Positions 36,301 through 48,095 of a stretch of DNA of 64,000 nt are shown in pieces; position 1 is the first letter of the stretch, and the number at the start of each line of letters is the position of its first letter. The stretch spans positions 444,048-508,047 of the forward strand of contig MU057947.1 of NCBI GenBank assembly GCA_013265495.1, read 5' to 3'. The translations under genes and the position numbers were made by a program. This DNA is from Vicugna vicugna. Its lineage: Eukaryota. The notes under the pieces were generated by a model. It worked only from the letters and a program-made list of their open reading frames with translations, was not told the DNA's origin and made no database searches.

Positions 36301-38689
36301 TTGACTTACATACATGTGAGGAATTAGCTCATAAGATCTCCTTTTGTGTGTACTAACAGATTACATATTTTTCCGTCTTCGTGCAGTTTTAATCGGGGCA
36401 TCATCTCCATGGGGAGAGGAATTTGCCTGCACAGGACACTAAAAATATAAAGTAGGCCGAATTAGAGAAGAATAAAGGGTTTTGTTGGAAATTAGCTTGT
36501 GAGCAAAACCACTTAAGTGAGTGAAGACATTGCTGACACCACACGTAGACTCTTCTGCTCGCTTTACAACGGCCCTTTAACTAGGTTTTGGAGCTTGTCA
36601 AAGTTAGCCACTTAAATTTACGATTCAGTGTTTATTTATAAGTAATTGCTGTTTGTAAGTGAGGCTAATTCCTGCTCGAATTTATGGTACAAATAATGTA
36701 ATGTAGAGTTACAGATCTCTTGATCCTTGGGGTGTAGGCAAAATAAATGTAGTAGAACAGGTGGAATTGGACAAGATTTTTCTATAAATCTTAAAATATC
36801 TGCTTTGTAAAACTGGGTTATTTCAGCAACTATAAATAGTCACTTGGTAATGAGGTGTTAGGGTTTATTTGTTGTAGTCGAGTGCTTATTAAAGTTCAGT
36901 GTGTTTTTACCCCTCGGATCAGAGGCTTTTATGGGCCAAGAGATAAGATGCATCCTTTGCCTTTCACTTGCTGATTATGACTCACTGCAGATGATGGATG
37001 ACCTCCTGGACTTTCAAACTCCCATTTGCTTGCAGAGAAAGAAAATCCTCATCTCTTTCGATTGGGCCCACTCCAAAATTCTAGAACCATTTTATATAAT
37101 AAAACGTTACACTGGGTCACATTGTCGGGGGAGAAATGGTCACACAGATGCATGCTCTCTGTCGGACGTGGTGGGTGGAACTTGGTCTGTCCTGGCTTCT
37201 CTCTCTCTGTCAGGATTCTAACCCACTTCCTGGGCTGCGCTTCTGCTCGTGGTTACAGTGACATCAGGAACATATGTTCCTGCAGAAGCAGCCCTGTGTC
37301 CGGTCACAGGGTGTAAGGACCCTCCCAGAGCCTTCACAGCACTCTGGTGTCTCCTGTGTCCAGCGCTGACGAGGTGGATGCCGGGCTGTCACTCTTGGCG
37401 CTCTGGTGGGGCCGGGGGCGGGTGCCAGCCGACCTGCCCCTGCACATGGCCCGGGTCGGAGGGCAGCGGTGATGGGCAGCTTGGCTGTCCTGTTTGCCCT
37501 CTGGGTCCTCCCTTTTAATTTTAGCCTTGTCCTTTTTAAGAAGACAAAATTGATAATTTATTGCTTTGGAATCACACTTTGTTACAAACAGAAAGCTGTG
37601 TTTTATAAATACTCAAGAAAGCACAAATACCCGGAATTGTCACTGTCGCTCTTCACTTTCCTCCAGCCCACCTCCCCCCAGAAGCTAGTCTGACCCACCT
37701 TAGTTCTGCATAGTGTCTGTTTGCCTTTTTCATATGATCTGATAACAATAAGCACATTTCAAAACTGATAAAAGTTTAATGAATGGCCAGTGAGAAGAGA
37801 CCACTTTTATAGCAAGATTGATACCTTGGCCCATGGGGCGTAGCATTTCAGTAAAATCACAGTGCGTACACTCCCCCACCGGTGCTCCCCCCCCGGCTTC
37901 CTTGCAGAAATGTCCGAGCAAAGTGCTGGTTGCTGCATCTGGGCCTTGTGCCCATCCACGCGCTGTAGCCTGACCTGGAGCCCTCGGGGCGGCGGTGTCT
38001 GGGCCGGGGGCTCCCGGCCTCGGTCGCATTAGCAGTGATGTGCGGGTGTGGCTGCCCCATGGTCTCGGTGTTTCTGGGGTAACTGCAGGGAGAAGTAGCC
38101 TCCTAAATAGAGTTGTATTGTTTTAAATTTGCTCATATGCGACCTCTCCTTTTCCCTCGTTTAATTACTACACTCTAATGTGGTCGTCTAGCTACCCTGG
38201 TTTTCCTTGTATTTGGCTGAAGAGGACCGCTGGGGTAGAAGCCATGGTGTGAATACTGAGTGGTGTCTGGTTTTAACCGGGAGGTGCCTGATCTCTTAGT
38301 CTGATTTATCATGTGATAGAAAGCTGCTGGCCAGCTGACGCTAATCTTAACTTATGATCTATTTAACCCTCCTATTTCCCAGCATCAATTCACATCCCCT
38401 CCCCAGCCCAGACCTCTGTACCCAGGCAAACATGGAGCGTCGTGGGTCTGAGCTCCAGAGGCGGCGGGAGGCGCTTCACCGAGCACATCAGCGCGCGTCT
38501 GCCAGTCTCCCCGCCCGCGGGCCCCGCGCGGCCCACAGTGAGCGCTGCTGAAGACCCCGCAGACGCTTCTTACCCTCCTTGGTCCGTCTCCCTGCTTCTC
38601 AACTGCCAGGCGTCTGGGGTCAGGACAGGCCCTGCGTGTACACAGAAGTCAGTGGAAGTGGTGGGGGGAGGTCTTTTCTGACATTTTAT

Positions 38690-39990
38690 ATTCAATAATT
38701 TTAGATTTGTTTCTGTTCACTATCCATCTAGTCTTGCCTAGTGTTCACAGCTTACGTAGCCCTTGTGCACAACCAGGGAATTAGTGAACAAGGAGTGAGC
38801 ATGTTAACTGGCACTGGTGGGTAGTGTGTCCTGCTGTAAGCCTCGTTCGGATTCCAGCACCTTTCCCACTCCTGCGCTGTTTCTGTTCTGCCGTCCAGTC
38901 CAGGACCCCCCTGGCATTTAGTCACTATATCTCCCTCATCTCCAGTTTATGACAGTCCCTCTTTCCTTGCTCTTTGTGACCTGAACACTATTGAAGATGC
39001 GGTCAGTTCTTTAGTAGAAGGCCCCTCATTTGGGTTTGTGATGTTGTCTCATGGTTAGACTGAGGCTCACATTTTTGGTAAGAAGAGCGCAGAAGTGCGG
39101 CCCCTCTCAGGGCATCACGGGAGGCGGGGTATGGCATCCACCTGTCAGCTGCTGGTGGTGTGAAGCTGTGGTCAGTTGGGTAGGGTGGAGCCTGTCGTGT
39201 TTCTCCAAATGCAGAGTTACTGTTTTCTCCTTTATAATTAATAAATGTCTTGATGGAGATGCTTTGAGACCATGCAGACACCTTGACTCTCCTCAGGCTT
39301 TTACCCAGTAACGTCCCCATTCGTGGATGCGTCTTGCCCACTGTGTTGTTCCCCTCGTGTTCTGTATCCTTCATCTTAATTATTTTACTAATTGGAATTC
39401 TTCTGAACGGAAGAACTGTTCTTTCCCATATACTTGTTTATTCAGTGAATTATTTACATTAGTAATTCACTAAACACTTGTGGATATTGATTTTGTATTA
39501 TGGGCTGTAGTCCAGTACGATCATTACTTGTTTTGCTAGTCAGACAGCTTCTGTTTGGGCTCTCGGGATCCTCTGGAGGAGGCTCCTATGTCTTTTTGAC
39601 ATGCCTGTCTTTTTTCCTTCACTTTCTTACTTTCTGGCACCACTGTATAATCCAAGCTTGTCTTGTCCTCTCCTGCCCCAGCCCTGGATTTGTTCACTTC
39701 TCCAGGGAGCCCAAGTTCCTTTTCCTGGAATGTGATATTTAGAAACCAAGGCCTGGGCTCTGGTGTGCTCACTGCTGCCGAGCTGCTGATGCTTCTAGCT
39801 CCTGTCAGTGCAGTGTCTGTGTGCTGACCACACACACACACACACACGTCACGATGCGTCTGCATTTATTTCTATATCTACCATCTGCATACGTATTAAA
39901 AACTGTGCCTTTGTCCTAGTACCTCCAGTTCAAATCCAACACAGCAGGTTTCAGTCCAGCCACCACCCTCTCCCTTCTGTGGCGGTGAAA
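38690..39990 (-). mobile_element. L1MC-type 3' UTR, antisense (contains (CA)9 at 39829-39847)
   Basis: ggcatttagtcac...ctcatggttagactgagg...cccagccctggatttgttcacttctccagggagccc...atttagaaaccaagg. Confidence 0.8.
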
Positions 39991-41094
39991 ACGTGGCTCC
40001 AGCGATGGCATGTACTCGCATAGTGGGTTCTCTTAAACAGACTCTGGTGAGCCTGTACCACTGTGTTGCTAGTGTAACAGCCTGGCAGTAATAGCACGAC
40101 CAGGTGTGCCCTGGTAGACGAGATCCTACTTGTGAAGGAGAGTATTTCCTGTGCTTGCTTGGCAAAAAGGCAGTCTGCAGGATTCTTGTAACTGCTTGTG
40201 TCAGTGTGGTTAGGAACTCAGGCTTGACAGTTGGACTCAAATAGAGCAAAAAAATGAAATTATTTTGTTGCAAAATAGATGGCATGTTTGCAAATAAATG
40301 TACCAACTAATTAGTTCATTTTCAAATATCCAAATGTTGTATGTTGAGAAGAAATGAAACAAGGAAGGTCTTCTAGGATTATATGAAGGATAATAATTGC
40401 CTTTCATAGGATTCTCAATTTAGGTTTCTTTTTTGTTAACTTATTTTAATTCCCATTTTTGTCAAATTGGTACATTTTACCTATAAACAGTTCATTATGA
40501 TTCTTTTCTTTGTTGTAAACAGAAGTTTTGAAAATTCATTAAACATGAAACCCTTTTAAAGGTCTGATTGTGTACATATCAGGGGTCAAACAGTATTCAT
40601 ACTTAGAGGTGTGGACAGTCAAAAGCTTTATTAAAATGTTACGTATCTTTATGCAGACTGAGTTATTTAGGAGTGCAGACTTGACTCGTATTTCATGAAC
40701 TTTTTTTCCTGGAATTGAGTTTGCTGGTGGGAAAGGACCATCAGTCTCAGCTGATGGAAATCAAACTTAGCATCGTCAGTTTTCATCAGGTGGAGACTGA
40801 GAATTGTTGGGCATCTTCATGAGGAGTCTGGCTTTAGTTCTAGGCAGCATTCAGATGCCGGTGCCGGATTCCCCGCGCTCCTTCCTGGCTGTGGCAGTTG
40901 GGTGATGTCCTGGGGTTGCTGTGAAGTCCGAGCAGCCTCTGTGCCTCACTTGGAGGCTCCTTCTCTGGAGACTCACCTGGACCCGCAGTGGATGTTCGGC
41001 GGTGTTTGTTACTGCAGAGTAACCAGGCCTTCTCTGACTAGCACAGTGTGGAGTGTGACTGTGTCTGGGCGATAGTCCTCGTCCGGCCGAAGTG

Positions 41095-41295
41095 TAGGCT
41101 TGCAAGTATGTTGCATTTGACCTTGAATGCCACCTGCCGCTGATGTGCTGTGCCCCTGGGCTAGTTACTCACCCTCTCAATCTGTTTTCTCATCTACAAG
41201 TAATTTGCTCTACCTTCAGTTTGCTGGAAGGAGTAAATGAGATAACGTATGTAAAGCACCTGGCCCCGTGCCAGGCATACGCAGGTAATAAATTC
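41095..41295 (+). mobile_element. MIR
   Basis: tgttttctcatctacaag...taaatgagataacgtatgtaaagcacctggc. Confidence 0.7.
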
Positions 41296-44284
41296 TGTTC
41301 CTACCCCGCTAGGCCCTGTTGGCATGGGGTCGCCTATGTCAGCCTGCAGAAGTGTTCTTTTTCTGGGGTATTTGCTTTTGATAAAAAAGGAAATAAATAA
41401 TCACCTGGTTATAGTATTTTGCCTTATAAAGGGAAGTTAAAACAAGGTATGGCTAACGTACAGCAGAGGTGTGGCTGACGTGGTGGCCGTCCTTCCCTAA
41501 GGAAAGCTGCAGCTACATCCCAAGGCCACTGTCCCCTAAGGCCATGTGAAGATGTGCGACTGGGGCCCGGGCCACCTGCCTTCCTACACGGCCTGCGTGA
41601 CTTCAGTGCTCCCTGTCACCTGTAATCCACTTAGGGAAAACCAGTGTGGGGGCTTGAGGATTTCTCCCTTTATTCTTGTCTTTAAAACCAAGTTACATTC
41701 TTTTTTTTTTCAAGCAATAACCTTTGGGAGAAAATGAGGACTGGATAACCGAGGCAGCAACACGGTAATGCACTGACCGTGAGTGTGCAGTCTTCCCCAC
41801 GCAGGCAGTCGGACCCAGACAGCATAAAAAAGCATGTAGCCCAGAGATGCACTTTTTCTTTTTACGACTGTCCTCTGTATCTCATTTATATTTAAAACTG
41901 AGTTGACGAATGTGAATAGAGATATTTAGAGTTACTGTGAAGTCATCTTGTGGATGTGCGCGGACTGGACCTCGCAGTGTGAAAGGGAGAGCAGCTAATG
42001 GCTGCTCTCATACTGCTTGGAATTTCCCGTTTTTATTATCTTCCGGCTTCTGTTCTTCAGGTGTGTAGCTATTTTCGTATTATGAAGGATGATGGATGAG
42101 GCTGGAAAGTTTCTTTGGAAGCACTTCTGATATTGTGCAATGCACTTGGGGGTCAGCTGCACTTGACTGATGCGTGATTTATCCCGTGTCCCTGCCACTT
42201 CCCGAGATAAAGCTGCTGTTTTATCAAAAATGCCAGCAACTGTGATTTAGAATTTATAAACCTCCGTTTTCAAATAATTGTTCTGATTACTTTCTGCCTT
42301 GGCAATAAAATGATAAAGGTAATTGCACACAAATGTGAGATAGCACCAAAATACAATAAAATTAACCTGAATTAGCTTGACTTGTCGATGAGAAGTATTT
42401 TTGAAATGTAGTGTTGCAATAAGGGAGGGCGATATTATAGCTGGAAGGTGAGTTATTGCCGTAATGTAATACTCCTTGAAATTTAAAAAAGAGACTGTTT
42501 CTGTCGAGGGTGATTGTGCTTTTGAAATTAAGTTGAAGTGAATCTCATAATTGGCCACAGTAATGCATTTTGGAGGTAATATCTTTTATTGTGTTATGCC
42601 TAGTTGCATCACCTCTTATTTAGCGGTTTCTGGCCTCAGATTTTCTAATGTTCGGGTAGAAGCAGGCTTGGAATTCTGTCAGATACGGGGGCTCAAATGT
42701 TGTATTCTCTTTTTGAGCATTACCCCTTGTCTGAAAGTTACAGAATGGAAAAAAATACATATTTGACCAAATCATTTAGATATCAAAGATTAAAAATTAT
42801 AGTTAATTTTTAATAAGTTTAAACAAGTTTCTTATCAATGTGTTTTGCTTCCCGGTCTTGGCACATGTGCTGGGAATTTCTGCTGAAGCCTCAAGGTTTT
42901 GAGCAGGGCCCACCCCATGCCCCCTTTAGGTACACATGGTTTGTAGCCGTCCCTTCCCGGTTCTGAAATGAAATTCATGGGTCACATCTACCCACATTAA
43001 CTATTCAGGAACAACTTCAAGCTGTGAATAAACAGGCAATAATTTATAAGAAAATCCTATGTTTTTGGAACGGAAAATCTCAGGCAGGTGTACCCCAGGA
43101 GCACGAAGATGTAATCGGGTGTGCGTGCCTGGAACACAGTGGCTATGCACAGAGCCGGGCAGTGCGGTCAGTGGTGATTCACCGTCTGGCATTTATAACC
43201 ATGATTTTGCCGAAATGCTGGACAGCTGTTTGTAAAGTTCCAAAGAAAATGGGGCCCATCTTTCCCCGGAGTCGCTGAGGGGCTGCACTCCTGGGAAACC
43301 CTGTGGGTGGGAAAGCTGCACAGAACATTGTGCGTCCAAGGGAGCCAGGCTTTAGGTTTGGGTTAGTTTTAGGCTTGGGTGTGTAGACACAGGACGCAGG
43401 ACCACTGACCCACTGTTGTTCAGGACAGTCCCACGTGTTTCACAAGCACCCTCCCAGCGGGGGCCTGCACGTCACACGCCACCCATGGGGGCAGCTGAGA
43501 TGCAGGTTTCTGGGGTGGGAGGGAGCCGGGAGGGAGTGTGCCCAGGCAGTGATCGCACCCTCGTGCCCTCCACCACCCTTTGGACCTCCGTCCAGTCCAG
43601 GCTTGTGGGGAGGGTGGGTTTGGGGATTTTTTTCTTTCTTTCTGACTTGGTAATTTGTATGACAATTTAGCAAAGACCCTGGAAGATGCTTTGGGAAAAC
43701 AAGTTTGGAAAGTGTCACAGACTTAAACCAGCAGTGCTGATGATCTGGGGAGGCTAACGGTGGTCTGCTGTTTTCCTAAAGAGAAGGTAGAGTTGGGAGC
43801 AGATATGCCTAGGGAAAATAAAACTAGTGAAATCTCCCCCCAAATACATAACCAATGGGAAATTTTCCAGAAGCAGTGGAATTTGGAAAATTTAAGTGAA
43901 ATCAGGGGCTTCAGTGGTAGATAAGCCTCTCCTGCTGGCCCTCTTCTGTTTTCTAGTCCGTTGATAAGCGTATTCGGTTATCTTAGCCTGCTGGCTTCCT
44001 TGGTTTAGACAAAAGTGAAAACAATGCAATGCGAAAGGGGCTTAGTGACTTGCAGCCTCGCTTGCCTTTTCTGCATCAGAACACAGGCCTGTGAGATACC
44101 AGGTACCACGCAGTGTGTTCTCGTTAGGGGATAAATATCATATAAAATAAAATGGAGTATTTTTTTTTATTTTTTAACATTTTAGCTTCAGGCTGAAGTT
44201 TTGGGGCTGCAGAATCACCATGGAACTCAGTTACGCGGCTGTTCTCGGTCTGAGTGTGGGCACATTTAAACTCCTCACTTGCTC

Positions 44285-44420
44285 ATTTGTTTATTTCTTG
44301 GGGTATAATTGACATATAACATTACATTAGTTTCAGGTGCACAACATAATGACTTGATACTTGTATATGTTGTAAAATGTTCACCACAATAAGTCTGGTT
44401 AACATCTGTCTCCACAGTCG
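44285..44420 (-). mobile_element. L1 3' end (older laurasiatherian L1MA-like), antisense
   Basis: ggtataattgacatataacattacattagtttcaggtgcacaacataatga...caccacaataagtctggttaacatc. Confidence 0.75.
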
Positions 44421-44429
44421 TCGTCTATT

Positions 44430-44670
44430 TCTTTTTTTTTTAATTGAAGTATAAGTCAGTTACAATGTGTCAGTTTCTGGTGCGCAGCACCATGTCCCAG
44501 TCATGCATATACAGACATATATTCATTTTCATATTTTTCATTTTGGTTACTATAATATATTGAATATAGTTGCTGTGCTTTACAGAACTTTGTTTTTTAA
44601 TCTATTTTATATGTAATAGTATTTACAAATCTCAAATTCTCAGTTTATCCCTTCCTACTCACTTCCCCCC
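44430..44670 (-). mobile_element. Younger lineage-specific (camelid-type) L1 3' end with poly(T)
   Basis: ttttttttttaattgaagtataagtcagttacaatgtgtcagtttctggtg...tgtcccagtcatgcatata...tattgaatatagtt. Confidence 0.75.
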
Positions 44671-46544
44671 TGCCGGCCCCTCCCTGAGAAGCCCCTGCGT
44701 GGAGACCCTCAGTCTCGTGTGAGGCGGTGTAGGAAGCCTCTGCATGGTCTTCTTTCGAGGGTCTGGGGGGCTGGCCCCGCGGGGAATGCCCGGAGGGAGG
44801 GGGAAGGAGGGGAGTGTGAGGGAAGGTGGACGGGAGGCGAGTGAACGATACACGGCGTGTGTCGGGAGGTGAGGAGACAGGGCTTGTGCTCTAGAACGAG
44901 ACGGTCCAGCAGGTGCTGCCCTGGAATTTGGGAAAGCAAGTGACATAGACATCTCCGGCCAGATGGTTCTTCTGACCGAAGAGCAAAGGTAATATTTTCT
45001 GTCATGGAGAAGGTTTGTGGCTGTTGCTAATTATGCATTTCAAAGTACAGCGAAGTTCTGTGAAATCAGACCATTTGACGGGTTGTTTCAGGAAGGGAGC
45101 TCTGATTTGCGGAGATGGTCGTGCAGTTTCCACGCGAAGCCATAGTCCTTGTCTGTCGTTTGACTCGACGGGGTTCTGTGTGCTTTTTCCTCTGGGCTTA
45201 AAATTTTTGCCTTTCCTGTGTGAGATGTTGATTGTTGCTGCCCCAAAGTGTCTGGAATATGTATGGCTTTAAGCTGTGGGATCAGATTTGCGCTTGTGAG
45301 GGTTTAAGTTTTACTGCGTTCCTACCGCGTGTGCTTCTGTTCACACGTGACACGTGGCAGTTCCTGCTCCGCGAGACCACATTCAAAACTGCATCTTCCT
45401 TACACACCCAGGCCCAGGCACCCAGCATACCTGTGAGGCCTTCCTCCTTTTTGTTGGCTCTTTCTCTTTCTGTTTGCCTGGCACGTGCCTATTTCTTTGT
45501 ACTCTCATGTTGTTATTTCTATACAAAAATCGTCTTTTATCAAGTAGAAAAAGCTTGACAGTCATTTTAGCTCCAGGTTGTTTAAAGTTGATGGAGTGAC
45601 TGCATGTTCGGCTTAGATGTTACTGTACAGTGATTCAGATACTGTAATTGCTGTGTTATGTTTTCCACTTGATCCGGAGGTGACTGCAGACAAGTAATTC
45701 TACTCTGCCAGACAATTTATTTCTCTAATCATTATCTATTTGGCTTTTCCTTGGGTATGTATGATTCTCGGATAGAAAGTCTGCTTGGTTCACTGAAATA
45801 CATACGTGTGATACTTAAACATTTTTGGAAGTTGACGTTGTGAGCGCAGGGTCTCGCTGCATCGCTGGGGTGGGGCCATGGAAGGACTGAGTGCACCGCA
45901 GAGTCACGGTGGTGGCGGCCGCACAGAGGGCCTGGCGATGCCCTTTGGAGAAGTATTTCAGCTGGTAAAGAACACAGTGGCACCACATATCTTGGGGAAG
46001 ACACTGGAGCTGATGTGTGAGAATGGGTGAGATACTGGGCATATTGGAGCTACGGCTGGCAGATCTGAAGTTCCATCATAAATCATATACTTGCTGCTGC
46101 TTTCAGTGAGTTTAGTCATTTTATTGATCTATATCTCATATGAGCCAAGGAAGAATTTTAGGAGGTTCACAGACATACACATACTTTTAAAAATGAAAAA
46201 TGCATAAGAAACAGATGAAGGAATTAGCCCAGGAAATAAGAGCAGGGAAATAGAGCTGGTATTCCAAACATAGGGCACACCTTTTCTATAGAATGGCTCA
46301 GAATGGGCCAGGAATTTAGCAGTGAGCTTCCTGGTGGACAGAGCATTGATGGGATCCAGATTACAGGCTGTAAGCATCACGTGGGTTTTGGCCTGACTGT
46401 TGTAACAAAGCCACATTCACCTGGCTGTCAGTGTTTCAGAGTGAGATGGAGATCTTCTCCAGAGATACTCGGGGCTCAACGTACACAAAAGGCAGCGGAC
46501 ATGGCTCGTGGGCGGCTTAGAGCCCTGGAGCAGGGACGGGACAC

Positions 46545-46735
46545 AGTGGGTCTGGACAGTTCTGGAACTGCTGGCAGCATCAGCACGACCTGGAACTGGT
46601 TGGAGCCGCAGACCCCTGGGCCTGCCCGCCCTGCATCCCCGACCCCGTGGCTGGCTGCCCCAGAGGGACTGGGCTCTTGGGTGCAGGCCTCCCCCAGGCT
46701 GTCCCTCCTCGCTGGGTCTGAGTCTGGCCGTTGTC
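46545..46735. mobile_element. MER5A-like MITE, GC-shifted
   Basis: cagtgggtct...gcagcatcagcacgacctggaactggttggagccgcagacccctggg. Confidence 0.5.
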
Positions 46736-47449
46736 TTCCCAGGTCAAGGATTTAAAGCAGGCTCAGTCCTGGCGGTGCGGCTGGCGAGAAAGGGCAGCGA
46801 ATTCAGTTTACTGAGCATCTGCTCTGCAGATACAGTGTGCCAGGTACTCGGGGAGGCAGAAAGCAACGAGGCCTCATTCTGCCCCGACAGACCTACGGAG
46901 CGGGGGCAGCCAGGGGTTGGCCGCAGTCCCTGGATTTCGTTCACCTGAGCTGTCATTTGCTCAGTTTCCCACGTTTGTGGGCTGTCTGCAGTGATGCTTA
47001 CTTAATGTTTTCTTTATATCAGTTTAGCTCTAATTTAGACACCTGCTTTAGCCTTGTCCTAAGGAGTTCCAGTGAAGACAAGGGTTGGATGCATTCACTT
47101 TATTTTCTGTTACATGTTGGTTTAATCCATAGTTAATAAACTTGCATCTGAACTAATCTCACCCCAGGCCAGCCCTCTGGAGTCAGGCAGCCCCACGCGT
47201 CACCCACCAAGGGGCTGTGGAAAAGTCGCCTTCACGTCTCCCGCCTCGTGTGGCTCATCCTCGGACGTGGACGCGCCTAACCACAGCACGCGTGAGGGCT
47301 GGAGGGGACGCCCGGGAGAGCCTGGCACACGGGAAGGGCCGGGACCGTCGGGGCAGGACTGGTCCTGTTACTGGAGTGAGTTGTGGGCTAGTAATGCAAA
47401 CAAAGAAACATTGCTGAGTTACAGTCTGTACACCGCTCAGTGTCCTAAA

Positions 47450-48095
47450 TGGAAGACGTGCGTTTGACCACTCGTAACACAGGCGGGCGAGGCGGGCAGG
47501 ACCCGGAGCCCTCGTGCGTTGTTGGTGGGCACGTAGCCGGGGCGGCCTCTCGCCAGGTTACACGCGGCCTTGCCGTGTAAGCCCGCAGGTCTGCCCCGAG
47601 GCACGTACCGAGCAGAACCGGAAGCGGGGACTCGAGCGTTTGCTCGTACACCAGTGTTCCCAGCTTTGTTCACTGTAGTCAAACACGGGAGACTGTCCAG
47701 GTGCCCATCAAGGAGTGAACGGACAAACCACAAAATATGGCCCATCCATACAGGGGAATGTTACTCGGCCTTAAAAAGGAAGGGCATTCCAGCACAGGCT
47801 ACAACACAGGTGAACCTTTACACGTGATGCCATTGAAACAAGCCAGACACAGAGGGCAAGTGCTATTACGGTTCCATTTACATGAGGTGCTTAGAATAGA
47901 TTCCCAGAGATTAAAGCAGATTGGTGGTTTCCAGGGCCGGAGGGAGGAGGAGGCAGTATTCAGTGGGGACAGTTTTTGCTGCAGATGATAAAGTTTTGGG
48001 TAGATGGTCACACAACGTTGTGTAAGTCTTTGATGACACTGAATTGTACGCTTTTAAAATGATAAACAGGTCTTTTACCACAATAAAAGGGAAAT
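47450..48095 (+). mobile_element. L1MB-like 3' end, sense; 5' half strongly GC/CpG-shifted
   Basis: catccatacaggggaatgttactcggccttaaaaaggaag...ttccatttacatgagg...ctgaattgtacgcttttaaaatg...ttttaccacaataaaa. Confidence 0.85.
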
